NCBI GenBank assembly: GCA_028534125.1
Contig: CM052817.1
Span: 99,388,001-99,452,000 of the forward strand
DNA length: 64,000 nt
From: Lama glama
Lineage: Eukaryota
Reading direction: 5' to 3'
Shown here: positions 40,374-53,167 of the stretch, piece by piece
Layout: the number at the start of each line of letters is the position of its first letter
Position numbering within the stretch: position 1 is the stretch's first letter
Notes under the pieces: model-generated
Seen by the model: only the letters and a program-made list of their open reading frames with translations
Told to the model about the DNA's origin: nothing
The model's database searches: none
Made by a program: the position numbers and the translations under genes

Positions 40374-41234
40374 ATGAGCAATATGAAGAAGCAGAGGAAC
40401 CATTCCCAATTAAAAGATCAAGAGAAATCCCCTGAAAGCATGATCAAGGAAATAGACATTGATGACCTACTAGATCAAGATTTCAAAAAAGGACTGATCA
40501 AAGTACAGAAGGAACTAAAAGAAAGTGTTTAGAGATATAAAATATATCAAAAATGAAATAGAAGCTATAAAGAAGAACCAAGTAGAATTAGTAAACTCAT
40601 TTGCCGAGATGAGAGCTGACCTAAAGACTGTGCAAAGCAGGCTAGATAACGCAGAGGAACAGATAAGTGACCTAGAAGACAGGACAACAGAAAGCACCCA
40701 ATCAGAACAGCTGAGAGAAAAACAAGTAAAAAGCAATGAAAACAATATAAGGGACCTATGGGATAACATAAAGCGTGCCAATCTACGCTCAATAGAGGTT
40801 CCAGAAGGGGAAGAAAGAACAAAGGGGATTGAAAAGGTNNNNNNNNNNNNNNNNNNNNNNNNNNNNNNNNNNNNNNNNNNNNNNNNNNNNNNNNNNNNNN
40901 NNNNNNNNNNNNNNNNNNNNNNNNNNNNNNNNNNNNNNTCAAGGATAAAGAAATGATCCTAAAGGCAACAGGAGAAAAACAAAGAGTGAGTTACAAGGGA
41001 ACCCCCATAAGGCTCTCAGCTGATTTCTCTACACATACACTACAGGCCAGAAGGGAGTGGCAAGATATATTCAAAGTCCTGAATGAAAAAAAGATGCAGC
41101 CTAGGATACTCTATCCAGCAAGGCTATCCTTTAGAATAGAAGGAGAGATAAAGAACTTCACAGACAAGCAAAAATTAAAAGAGTTTAGCAACACTAAACC
41201 CATGCTAAAAGGAATATTCACAGGTCTACTCTAA
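40374..41234 (+). pseudogene. L1 ORF1p (coiled coil, RRM, C-terminal domain); frameshift near 40525 and an assembly gap
   Basis: MSNMKKQRNHSQLKDQEKSPE...SRLDNAEEQISDLEDR...IRDLWDNIKRANLR...YKGTPIRLSADFS...ARREWQDIFKVL...QPRILYPARLSF...GLL*. Confidence 0.9.
40839..40938. other. Assembly gap (100 N)
   Basis: Run of N; the true size is unknown. Confidence 0.99.
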
Positions 41235-41296
41235 ATAGAAAAGAAGCAGGATGTTACAAAAATGAGAAACTCATAACTGGAAATGAGATAAGTGCC

Positions 41297-41740
41297 ATGA
41301 ATTACAAAAAGAATAAAGACAAAATTGTAAAAGAAGACATACAAATCATTAAGAGTGGGAGAGGGAAGCAAGGAAAGCAACTGTGGAAAACAGTATGGAG
41401 ATTCCTCAAAAGACTAGGAATAAACTTACCATATGACCCAGGAATCCTGCTTCTGGGCATATATCCAGAAGGAACCCTACTTCAGGATGACACATGCACC
41501 CCAATGTTCATAGCAGCACTATTTACAATAGCCAAGACATGGAAACAGCCTAAATGTCCATCAATAGATGACTGGATGAAGAAGAGGTATATTTATACAA
41601 TGGAATACTATTCAGCCACAAAAACCGACAACATAACGCCATTTGCAGCAACATGGACGTCCCTGGAGAATGTCATTCTAAGTGAAGTAGGCCAGCAGAG
41701 GGAGGAATGCCGTGTGAGATCACTCGTATGTGGAATCTAA
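41297..41740 (+). pseudogene. 147-codon chimeric ORF: inter-ORF spacer fused to the L1 ORF2 C-terminal segment
   Basis: 27 non-ORF2 residues precede QLWKTVWRFLK...PYDPGILLLGIYP...CTPMFIAALFTIAKTWKQPKCPS...MEYYSA...FAATW. Confidence 0.75.
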
Positions 41741-43899
41741 AGAAAAAACATAAATACAAAACAGAAACAGACTCATAGACATAGAATATAAACTTGTGGT
41801 TGCCAAGGGGGCAGGGGGTGGGAAGGGACAGACTGAGATTTTAAAATGTAGAATAGATAAACAAGATTATACTGTATAGCACAGGGAAATAGATACAAGA
41901 TCTTGTGGTAGCTCACAGTGAAAAAAAAAAAGTGACAATGAATATACGTATGTTCACGTATAACTGAAAATCGTGCTCTACACTGGAATTTGACACAACA
42001 TTGTAAAATGACTATTACTCAATAAAAAAATGTTTAAAAACATGTGCTACTAAAGACTGGAAAATACATTTCTGCAAAGCAGACATACAAATGACCAAAA
42101 ATTGTATGAAAAGATGCACTAACCATCAGGGAAATGTAAATCAAAACTGCAAAGAGACATCACCTCACACCTAAAAGGACAGCTATTATTCAAAAAAACA
42201 AAAAAGACAACATGTATTGGCAAGAACGTAAAGAAACTGGAATCCTTGTACACATGGGTAGAAATACAAAATGGTGCAGCCACTATGGAAGACATGAAAG
42301 TTCCTCAAAAAATTAAAAATAGAACTACCATATGATCTAGCAATCTCACTTCTAATTCAAAAGAACTGAAATCAGGAGCTAGAAGAGATATTAGCACTCT
42401 GATGTTCACTACAGCATTATTCAATGTGCTAACAATATAAATGTCCATTGACAGATGAACGGAAAAAGAAAATATGGTATATAAATACAATGGAGTATTA
42501 TTCAGCCTCAAAAAAGGCGGAAATCCTACAATATGTGACAAAATGGATGAAACTTGAAGACATTATGTTAAGTGAAATAATCCAGTCACAGAAGGACAAA
42601 TACTGCGTGATTCCACTTCTATGAACTACCTAAAATAGTCAAAGTCGTAGAATCAGAGAGCAGAATAGTGGTTGCCGGGGGCTGGGGGAAGGAGGAAATG
42701 GGTAATTGCTAATGAATGGGCATAAACTACATAATGGACAATTACGCAAGATGCATAAGTTCCAATGATGCTGTACAACTTTGTGCCTATAGTTAATAAA
42801 ACATATTCTAAACTTTAAAATTTGTTAAAAGGTTAGATCCCATGTTCTTTAGCCATGACTGACTTAAGTTTGGGTGAGACAGGATTTAGCAGGGATAAGG
42901 TGTGCTGAAAACATGGGAGACCAGAGGTCAGAGGGAGATAAGCATTTATATTGACTTTTTTTTTTTTGAATATAAAGTATTACACAAAAATATGTATTTG
43001 ATAGCTCAGAAATCCTGGAAAAATACCATCCCACAGATCACTAATGCTAGTTCAGATACTGCAGCCAACTAACACGTTAGTATCAATAAAAACGACCTTT
43101 AATACATGATTCATCTTCATTTTCTTTTTCACCTCAGTGTTACGTGGAGTGTTTAACCCCCGAAAGAAAGAGAAATGCAAATTGTAGGTTGTGGTGGATG
43201 ATGGGTAGTGAAGGAGAATTTAATGAATCAGCTACTTCTAAAATAAATGCAGTAAAAGCAAAACGTCCAAGTGGTATTTCTGTAGCTCATTCTCAGAAGT
43301 GCTAGGCTTTTTCTTTTTGTTCTTACGTGGATAGTTCAGTCTTAATTGATCAAATTGTCTAGATACTAAATCAGGATTTTTCTAGATCTTAACACATTAT
43401 AAAACCAGGAAGGTACACATTGTAGAAGTTGAAGTATTTAACAAAATTAACAGATATTCCCAAACAAGAGCACATTAAAGTCAATGAACCTATACTTCCC
43501 AAAACATTTATTACCACACATTTTCTAACAACATAAACAAACAGAAGTACAAAGGACAGGGTTAAAATTAGACAGCTTTGGTAAGAATTAATATTTAAAT
43601 GACTTTCTCAGTATCTTGCCATCAGAAATCCCAGGCTGAGGCCAGAGACAAGCTCATGGCCTTGAAATCTAAACAACACAGAAACATAAGCCTTCACCTA
43701 ACCCCTATTAGCTATTTGAGATCTACTATTCACTTAGTAAACTAAAATATCAGCTAAACACTGATTTTTAATGAAAGCCTAATTTAATTCAGATAAATAA
43801 GAAATAAAATCAGTAATGTATTACGTAGATTAAAAACTTATTGAAAAATAATCCAATTTAGTTCATAATTCTAATAATGTCATGTCATTACCACCATTT

Positions 43900-44480
43900 C
43901 ATGCTTCCTGAGAGCATTTTGACCATGTAATAACCCCTGGACAAGAGTCATCATGGCTCATCATCTACAGAATAAACTCCCAGTCATTTGGACTACCCCA
44001 CAAAATCTCAAAAAGCCTCACCTCTCATTTTGTTCCCATACAGTATTAGTAGTCAAGCCACTAAGAACCAGCTTTAAAATTCTACTTTCTTACCTTTGTT
44101 CTCCCTTCAAAGCTCAATTCTCACCTCTACAAAGATACCTCTAGACGAAACCAAAAAGGAAGTAATGATTTCCCCTCACAAAGTCTGTCTATTCCAAAGC
44201 ATGCGGAGTTCACACTTACTGCTTTGGATTATTAGTTATCTTAACATGAGTCTTGTCGCCACCAGACTGTAAGCTCCTGAGAAGGAAAATAGTAGAAGGA
44301 ACTACATGTCAGGCATTATTCCCGAAGATTCTAACAACAACCCTGTAAGACTGGTACTATTATTCCCACTTTACAGACAAAGAAACTAGATCAGAAAGAT
44401 CATATAGCTTGCCCAAGATCACAAACCTAACAAGTGACAGAATTAGGAATCAAACTGAAGTCTGTTTGATTCCGTACAGG
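43900..44480. mobile_element. L2 fragment followed by MIR
   Basis: ccagactgtaagctcctgagaag (L2 end) and tattcccactttacagacaaagaaact...cttgcccaagatcaca (MIR). Confidence 0.65.
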
Positions 44481-46534
44481 ATACTATCTTTCAAAAAAAA
44501 AACACTAAAACTGTTACAAAGCTCTACGGTATACAGCATATTTTAAAAGTGTGTTCACTTACTCACTAATTTCCTCTTTGTAGCAAACTTTAAAGGTGAT
44601 GTATATTTACAGTTACTACCACCACTCCCTGGTAAACATGCTTTCATATTCCCCTTCCTTTGGTTCTTTTGGGGAACTCTTGCCTGACTTCCTGTAGTCC
44701 TGGTAGGGATGTCAGTCACAGTGCAGTTTCACACAGTGGTCTGGGACACCGGTTAGGCAATCAGAATATCACATACATCAGATGTAGTGACTGTTTCAAT
44801 GGTATGGCCATGATGCTAAGTCAGGCCAGTCTTCCAAGGAGTTTGAGCCTCTTCATGATGTTATCTCTGAACAACTCTTTCTACCTCATGTAAGCCATGT
44901 TCACTTTTCTCAAATCAATACAAGTTTAATAAAAGTTCAATAATTCCAAAAGGAATATTTGGGACAAGAGTAACAATCTAGAAACAGTTGGTTTCTCATG
45001 TCCTACTAAAATCTATGTTCAAAAAAATACAAGTCAAGGAACTAGTAGAATGCTCTCAGTTTAGAGGACTCAGATCACAAAACACCATCTTCTTTCTAAT
45101 CTTAAGATGTACTGAAGTTTACTCGGCAAATAGCTATAGCAAGTTAAAAAGGAAAGAGCTCTAAATTTCATCTATTGTTTTACAAGAGTTACTAGCTAAG
45201 CGCAAAGAGGAAAGGGAAAAGACCTGACACATTATGAAAAAACAGATGCAATCTAAAGTTTTGTTAAAGAAGGTCAAAACTGAGATGTGCTTAAGGTATC
45301 ATTCATTTGAAGACCTACAGCAAATCAATGTATGCTAGCCAACTAACAGATTAGGAAAAAATGATTAGAAAATAAACACTATTAAACTAAGATGAGTAAC
45401 AGATTTATATCATGCTGGCATAATGCACCTCTACACCATAATAATTACTAAGAAAGTAATTAGGAGTTAACAGCTATAATATATTTATAAAGTCCTTTAT
45501 GAGCATCTTACAGAGCATCAATACTACCAAAAAGAAACAAATGAGCACCATCTCATGGGCATTTGAAGTAATATAAAATCAGCCTTTGCAATGGCTTTAA
45601 GAAGCCAGGCTACTCAGTAAAGGCTTGATTATAATATCTTCTTCGAAATTTCAAATTTTGTACATATAACCCAAAAAGTTAGCAAATGGTTTAAATAAAC
45701 AGAAATATTTAAGTCAGTATTCAAATAGGCTCAACAAATATTAGAGTAAGAGCCAAAAAATGATTCTCAATGACAAATATAAATAAACGCCATAGAAGAG
45801 TTAAACAGAAGCAAAATCGAAGACTGGGGAAAAAAGGAAAACAACATATTAGTATTAAACAAGATGAACCACGCATTTAGATATGCTTGGCAACTGTGTA
45901 AGTAACATAAACTGAGCCTTTTTTTTTTTACAATAACCAACACATTTTCTATCTTAAAAGCAAAGTCAGAAGAAATGCTTTAAAAAAAAAAAAGAGGGGA
46001 GGTCATATTTCCTCTAATGTGCATTTCACAAGGCAGGCATTTCTCACTCAAAGAAAAACAAGTATTTTAAGACTAAAGCAATTTTTTTTAAAGCTTCTCT
46101 GACCCCTCATGTAGTTCATTTTCTGAAAGCATTCAAGTGGAATACACTAACTTGACTACCTGACACCAAACGATGCAATTATTCCCTACCTGAAATTTCA
46201 TCCAATAGAAGCAATATACAGTCACTGAAGCGCTTCAGTATCACATTCTCTCTTAGTTCAGGTTACATGGACTCACTTTCTGTAAGTTAATAGTTTGATC
46301 AAGTATCTTCTTATAGTGTTAAAAGGAGTGGCAAATGGAGAGGACAAAAACTGTAATTATTTTAAATTGGTCTTTTCAAGTTTAATCTTTTTGTGCTACA
46401 GTAATATTTCAAGAGAAACAAACTATCTAAATCAATATTTTTTGTAACTTAGAGTAAAAACTTCTAATAATCCTGTTCTCATAACTATGTGATGATACAT
46501 GAGATTAAAAGGTGTCTGAATGAAAATTTGTGTG

Positions 46535-46691
46535 GGGAGAGGGTATAGCTCAAGTGGTAGAGTGTATGCTTAGCATGCACAAGGTCCTCGGTTCAATCCC
46601 CAGTACTTCCTCCAAAAATAAATAAACTTAATTACTCCCCACTGTCAAAATTAAAAAAATAAATAATATAATAATAAATACTAAAAAAAAA
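46535..46691 (+). mobile_element. Vic-1-like SINE, long form
   Basis: A box tagctcaagtgg, B box ggttcaatcc. Perfect 13-bp TSD gaaaatttgtgtg at 46522-46534 and 46692-46704. Confidence 0.92.
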
Positions 46692-47508
46692 GAAAATTTG
46701 TGTGAATTTTTGCCAAGTACAATATAAAGGATATTATTCAATTTCCTTTAAAGAAACCAACTCATTCTGAAAAATGTAAAAGAAAGGGAAAGAATCAAGC
46801 ATTTATTCTGGTTTTTTTTCCTATAGGAACCAAACTGTTGACTTTATAAAATTCTTCACTATAAAAAATTTCAGCTAATCAATGTGGAAAATGATAGATT
46901 TAGAACGCCACCACTTAGAACCCCTGGTGAAATAATGGATTTAAGCAACAGTTATTAATGACTGCTAAAGCCATTAGGTAAAAAGTAAAAGGTTCAAGGA
47001 AACTTGAAAATAGATGGATCAAGCTAAAATATCTAAACCCATTGGATTAGTAACCTTACACCCACTGATCTTAACATCACAGAAGGAGACACACTAGACT
47101 TCATGTGCTTCCCGATGGGATAAAACAGTAAATAAACATACTGCCTAAAAAGAACACTCAATATGAAAGACTTGAATCTGAATCTAACCAAGTATTGATC
47201 ACTTTACAGAAAACAATCCAGACTGGAAAATTCTATAGAAAAAAAGACCCAATTCTATAGAAAAACAGATGGTAAGAAAAAAGGGGGAGGGGAAGCTGCA
47301 GACTGAAAAATATTTGAGAAACACATACACCAAATCAAATGTATACACATTACTTGGCTCATGACTCAAATAAACCAACTATATTTAAAACAAACCAAAA
47401 ATTAATAACACGTAAGAATTTCAAACACTGAATATTCGATGAACTGCTTTTAAGAATGATGACAGTACTGTGGTGTGACTGATTTTTTTAAAGTCTTTAT
47501 CTGATACA

Positions 47509-48048
47509 ATAGCCAAGACATGGAAGCAACCTAAATGTCCATCAACGACTGGATAAAGAAGCTGTGGTATATTTATACAATGGAATACTACTCAGCCATA
47601 AAGAAGAATAAAATAATGCCATTTGCAGCAACATGGATGGACCTGGAGATCGTCATTCTAAGTGAAGCCAGAAAGAGAAAGAAAATATCATGTGCTATCA
47701 CTCATATGTGGAATATAAAAGAAAAAAAGAAAAGGAAATGAATGAACTCACTTACAAAGCAGACACAGACTCATAGACATGGTAAACAACTTTATGGTTA
47801 CTGGGGAAAGAAGATGGGAAAGGATAAATTTGGGAGTTTGAGATTTGCAAAGGTTAATCATTATATACAACAGAGATATAAACCAAATTTATTCTGTACA
47901 GCACAAGGGACTATATTCAATACCTTTAATGAAAAAGAATATGAAAATGAATATATGTATGTATATGCATAACTGGGACATTATGCTATATACCAGAAAT
48001 TGACACACTGTAACTGACTGTACTTCAACAAAATTAAAAAAAAAAAAA
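47509..48048 (+). mobile_element. 5'-truncated young L1 3' end inside an older L1M fragment
   Basis: WIKKLWYIYTMEYYSAIKKNKIMPFAATWMDLEIVILSE followed by 3'UTR and poly(A). Short direct repeat gataca at 47503-47508 and 48049-48054. Confidence 0.9.
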
Positions 48049-49044
48049 GATACACATTGAAGTATTTGCAAATTAAAAGGGTGAGGGGGAAACTCTCACA
48101 TTACTGAGTTAGATATGATTACAAATGACAGTTAACTAACATGTTTAAAAACTAAAAGATACTAAAATCAATTAAAGCCCTTATATTTTCTATCATTTTT
48201 AAGTTAATAAGATAAAAAGACTGTTTGAAAATATTAATGGTAACGAAATTCATCTTTACATTATCTCATACAATCCTCTAAAAGAGAATTTTAAGCATCA
48301 TTATCCAAAATGAGAACACTAACTGCATTTACCCTGCCCACATTGAAATATGACAGCTTCAATCAATCTTCAGTAGCTCTAAATTAAAAATTAACTAGAA
48401 ATGCTTTTAAATATCAGCAGTGGAGAAAAGTTTAAAAGAGCAGAACACTGGAAATGAATCTATCGACAAGCATTAATCAAGCAGCAACCATGCACAAGAT
48501 CAAATATAAGATGCACTCATTGATTTGGGATAATATTCATGTTCCATGGGCAAAATTAACGTGAAATACATGCAAAGTACTAACAACAACAACAACAACA
48601 ACAAAACTCAGAGCCAAAACCATATATTACTCGCAGTAACGCAATGGTATAAATTTAAGTGTGTTAAGTATCAAACTGAAAAAACTGAAAACAGACCATA
48701 CCTCAATCAATTCTGTTCTTTGCAGGTATCCTAGTGTAGTGAATGATACAAATAAAAAGATATTTGAATAAATGTATAAATGCATATACGTATGCAATGG
48801 TACAGTAAAACTGATACACCACCATGAGATTGTGTATTAATACAGGCATTCTGGAATGAAATATAGCTATAAAAATCTCAAAAGCCTTAAGGAAAATTTC
48901 ATACTGTTGGATCCAGCAACTGGGCTTATAGAAATCTATCCCAATAAACCAAAATATTTAAGGCACTTTGTACACACTAGTTAAGTTATAGTATTGCTTG
49001 TAACAAATAGCAACAAACAACTCAGCTATCTAATGAGGTGGCAT

Positions 49045-50260
49045 TGTAACACGTCAACGTGGCTAGGCGGAGCTACATTTCCCAGAATTCTCTTTCCTGT
49101 TCATATCTAGTCAGGGTGGTCCATATCAGATATTCTTGTGGGAAACACAGAAGCTAAAATTAAGGCAGCACCCATTCTATAGCTCACACACATTTTCACT
49201 TACCTGATGATTCACCTCAATGGTGTGATACAGTGGCTGGGCCTACCACTGCCCTACCTTCCCCTACATTTTCTTTTGGCTTCTTATACTTCTGGTTCAG
49301 ATGTGTGTGTTAACCTTAATGACAAAGGAACTCAACTTCTGCAGGACACGCACACCATCAAGGTCAGAGGCAACAAGCCAGACCTGATAAGGTTTTTAGT
49401 CTGTCCTTGTGGGCTCCACCTTGTCCTGTGGGCTCCAGCTTACCCTTGCTTTCCTCCACTTTACATACATCCTCTCTTCCTGATGGCTTGCCTAACTCCA
49501 GAATCAGACACAAAGACACAGAGCCTTACAGAGAGCTAAACTATAGAGTTTAACCAACTCCTACAATTAGGTATAGTCAAGTCTTTTTTTTAACAAATCC
49601 ACATCTAGAAGATACTTATGGGTGAGGTTTTGTCCAATGGAGCAATTCACAGGAAACCCACAAATTTCACAAAAGATGTAATGTAAATATGCAGAAGCAT
49701 CACCAGCTTGGACTGAGGAAGCTAGAGATAGGACAGAGTGAGGACAGGCCTTTGGACTCCCAGAATTTCACTGGAGGAAGCAAGCTGAGGCTTTTGCTCA
49801 GCTGTAAAGATATGCTATCTTTCTGAAAAAGGAGACATGATTCAGATGGCAGAATCTAGACGGCAAATCAAGAGACCTAGAAATATATTCCCCGCTTGAG
49901 ACCTAACCAAGGAACTTTCAACATTTGGCTGGATTTCAGTACTTCAGAACAGTGGCTCCCTTGTGTATTCCCCCCTCTTTTAAATAAGAATGTGTATAGC
50001 AGTTACTCAACACTAGTCCACCATTAAATGTTGGCGTGGGGGCAGATAACTTGTCTCTAATTTTACAAGTATCTACAGAGCTAGAGGAACTGTCCACAAA
50101 AAGCTTTTCTTAAGAAACTACACCTAAGGAGTCTTACCCATACTTGGACTTGAACTAGATGATGAGATTCTCGAGTTTGTTAAGATACTGTAATGGTATG
50201 AGATTTTGTGTATTTGTGTTAAGCCTCTAAGCTCTGGGTTAATTTGTTAGGCAGCACAAA
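49045..50260. mobile_element. ERVL/MaLR LTR relics (MLT2-like, then MLT1-like)
   Basis: gtcaacgtggctaggcggagctacatttcccagaattc; gggcagataacttgtctc; ttaagcctctaagctctgggttaatttgttaggcagca. Confidence 0.6.
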
Positions 50261-50296
50261 TTTATTTAGTAAGTTGTTATGTTAAAAAAAATGGGA

Positions 50297-50447
50297 GGAA
50301 GAAGGTATAGCTCAAGTGGTAGAGCGCATGCTTAGCATGCACAAGGTCCTGGGTTCAATCCCCAGTACCTCCTCTAAAAATAAATAAATAAGTACACCTA
50401 ATTACTTCCCCCAACCAAAAACGATAAATAATAATAATAATAATAAT
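50297..50447 (+). mobile_element. Vic-1-like SINE, long form
   Basis: Intact A and B boxes with an (AAT)n tail. TSD aatggga at 50290-50296 and 50448-50454. Confidence 0.92.
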
Positions 50448-50459
50448 AATGGGACAACA

Positions 50460-52070
50460 CATCTCCCATTGGCCACAACTGAGTAACTAACACTGAATTT
50501 AACTTCTTACCATAAACACAACTGGAAAATTAAACAAAATACATAAAGCAACTATTTTCAGACACTAGACAATAGGCAGAACTGGTCTGTAATCTCTGAG
50601 AGAAGGGAAATAAACAAGGTAAGATTTCCGCCAACCTTGTGCCCAGAGGCACTTTCTAAACTACTAAACAGGGAAGGAGCCCAAGCAGAATACAAATGTT
50701 TCAAAGGGTTGAAAAGATGGTACTTTTTTTTTACTGAGCTGAGGAGACAATCTTATGAGTTGAACAGACATAGATCAGAATTCACGAAAACTGAGGTGGC
50801 TGGAATCTAGGCGGTAGGGCACCAGAGAAGATTACCTCAGAAACTGCTCCAGAAATCTAAATAGTGGTCCCTTTGACTAGTTGGTTGAATACCAAGCTGC
50901 ACAGGCATAGGGTGAGGCTCAGAACACCACCAGGAACAACTCCTGGGGACTGTAAACTAAGAAATCCTAACAGATCACACAGGACTGGAAGAGGTCTGAA
51001 TTCTGACCAAAGCAGAAAGATCTTAAACATGCAACTTTGAGGAGAGATTCCAAAAGGATCAAGCCTTAGTAGAATGGCTAAAGTAATCTTAAAGGCTACT
51101 CCATATTCACCATAGCAATATTTTTAAAAACAAGCCTTGACTCTGCCCTGAGGGAGTTGCACAGCAGAGCAATGGAAGAGACAGCTAAAATCCTGATAGA
51201 AACCCTGTCTTTTAAGCCAGAGAAACCAGGACAGGCTGCAGAGGGTATAGGAGTCATAGAAAGGAGAAAGCATGCTATGAACCCACACAAGTCTTAGACT
51301 CATTCCTAAGCTACCCACATGACAGACTTAAACCAGCAAAGCAAAAGCTTTGAGAATTTAACTGAGCAAGTCTCAGACTAATCTCCGAGTGGCACATGCA
51401 CAGGACAGGCCCAAAGCAGCAAGGCAAAGGTCTTAAAAACTGAACCTATCCTGAAAGCACCATATACAGAAAGCACGACAAAACCCATGACCCTAACCAA
51501 GCAGATCACCTGCTAAAACAATCAACTTCCTCCAAGGAATGCAACAGAACTTAGGGTCTACCAACAAAACATTCACAAAATCTAGGATACAATTCAAAAG
51601 TACCTGACAAATAAGAATCGGGAAAATGTGATGCATTTCAAGAAAAAAATGATAATAAACAGATGTCCATGAGATGACTCAGATGTCGGAATTATCAAAG
51701 ATTTTAAAGCAGCTATTATAACTAAGCTTCAGGAGGTAAAGATAAAGGTAAAGAAATGTGAAACGAATGGAAAGACAGAGGTTCTCAGCAGAGAAATTTT
51801 ACAAGTGAAAGATCTACTGAAAAACAGATCTGGACAGGTTCATTTACAGAATGGAGATGACAGAGGAAACTGTAGTAATAACCAGTGAATATGTAGAATC
51901 CAACCTGAAGAACAAACAGAATAAAGATTGAATACAATGAATAGCCTCTGGGACATGTGGAACAGTATCAAAAAGTCTAATGCATGAGTCATTAGAGGCT
52001 CAGAAGAGGAAACCAGAAAAATACAGACAGAAGAATATTTGACTAAATTTGACAAATTTGGTGAAGCACC
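50460..52070 (+). mobile_element. Old L1M 5'UTR/ORF1-region fragments
   Basis: gattttaaagcagctattataact; ctgggacatgtggaacagtatcaaaaagtctaa; similar to 18200-19650. Confidence 0.65.
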
Positions 52071-53167
52071 AGTTACTTTGAATATGGCATCAGCACGAGT
52101 TTAAACTTTACAAGAGTTAACAGAATAGTGGCCCTCTAGGCAAAAGTGCTTCATTAGTGATGGGGAGTTCAAATTTCTCCCCTGAAATAGCAGACAATAA
52201 TCTGGATTAATGATCTCCAAACCTCAGATTACACATTCCTATCAGTAAAAGTTTAAGTAGTCAGATCACAGACATATTAATGCATAAGTTATATATGGAC
52301 TACTGAATACTAATATATATGTTCTAAAAATAAGAAAAAGAAATTAAGTGAAGTAAAGCGATAATTTTTTTTATTTATACTGATACAGAAAACCTTTTAC
52401 ACTCTCTCCTTTTTTGCTTTTTGTAATTGAAAGGAATGTGAATGCATATACCTGTTTTTAGCTCTTGGTGTAAACACTGTGATACAGCAATCAGAGGTCT
52501 CATCTAAGTTTGGTTTTCATGTCAAAATAGATTAGAAAGAGGAGTACACAAATATACGTAAATCCAATTGTAAGATAGGATATACTGGCTTTGCTGAAAT
52601 TTAAGTATAATTTTCCAGCTTTTCTTACAAACTCATTATAAAGTATTGCTTTGTTTTTAAAATGTAAATTCAAAATCCTCTATAACTTTTTGGGAAAAAA
52701 AATGGACTAAAAATTTTGTCTCTGTGTTTTTCAAAGTATAACCACTTCCATAAGTGACATACCCCTTTCAACAACAAAGTCAGAAAATAAAGTAAACATC
52801 TCCAAACATCCATTTTCACAAGACAAATTTCACTCAAAAAGTACCTCCATTCCCCACTATCTCTGTTACAGTAAGTAAATAAGTAAATAAATAAACCTAA
52901 TAACCTCCCCCTCCAAAAAAAACAAAGTTACTTTCTCATTCATAGCTTTAAATGTCAAAGGACATATTACGTTTATACGTATAAAAATATCACTGACAAT
53001 TACAGAAAAGATCAATTTAGAAGATCTTTCTTTAATAAGAAAATGCCTAACTCCTCTCTAAATTTTGTTTTAATTACTCTATCATGCTATAGGTAGTGAA
53101 ACTGAGTATTAAAATATTTTTATAATCACTCCTCATCACAAAATATTGTTAAAAGTCTATTATTTAA

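Larger units (their letters stand above)
39233..42041 (+). mobile_element. Young L1 with complete 5'UTR, ORF1, internally deleted ORF2 and 3'UTR
   Basis: Exact direct repeat ATGTGCTACT at 39223-39232 and 42042-42051, extendable to about 15 bp with 2 mismatches at a tt|aagaaa endonuclease-type site. Contains a GC-rich 5'UTR, ORF1, the ORF2 C-terminus and AATAAA at 42021. Confidence 0.92.
35690..42860 (+). mobile_element. Older L1 (degenerate ORF2 and 3'UTR) hosting three nested insertions (36547-37305, 37617-37736, 39233-42041)
   Basis: Endonuclease-region peptide HKTSLNKLKRSEITPSIFSNHKGMKL, ccaggaccagatggcttcact and RT core tctgtttgcagatgac. The element resumes collinearly at 42052. Confidence 0.9.

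Noticed and set aside
39052..40409. Overlapping 70-154 aa ORFs on both strands, including a possible ORF0 analogue
   Set aside because: Such ORFs are expected by chance in GC-rich sequence, many use non-ATG starts, and I recognise no homology.
46535..46610. tRNA genes at the SINE positions
   Set aside because: They have A and B boxes but also A-rich tails, TSDs and independent divergence, so they are retroposed SINEs.
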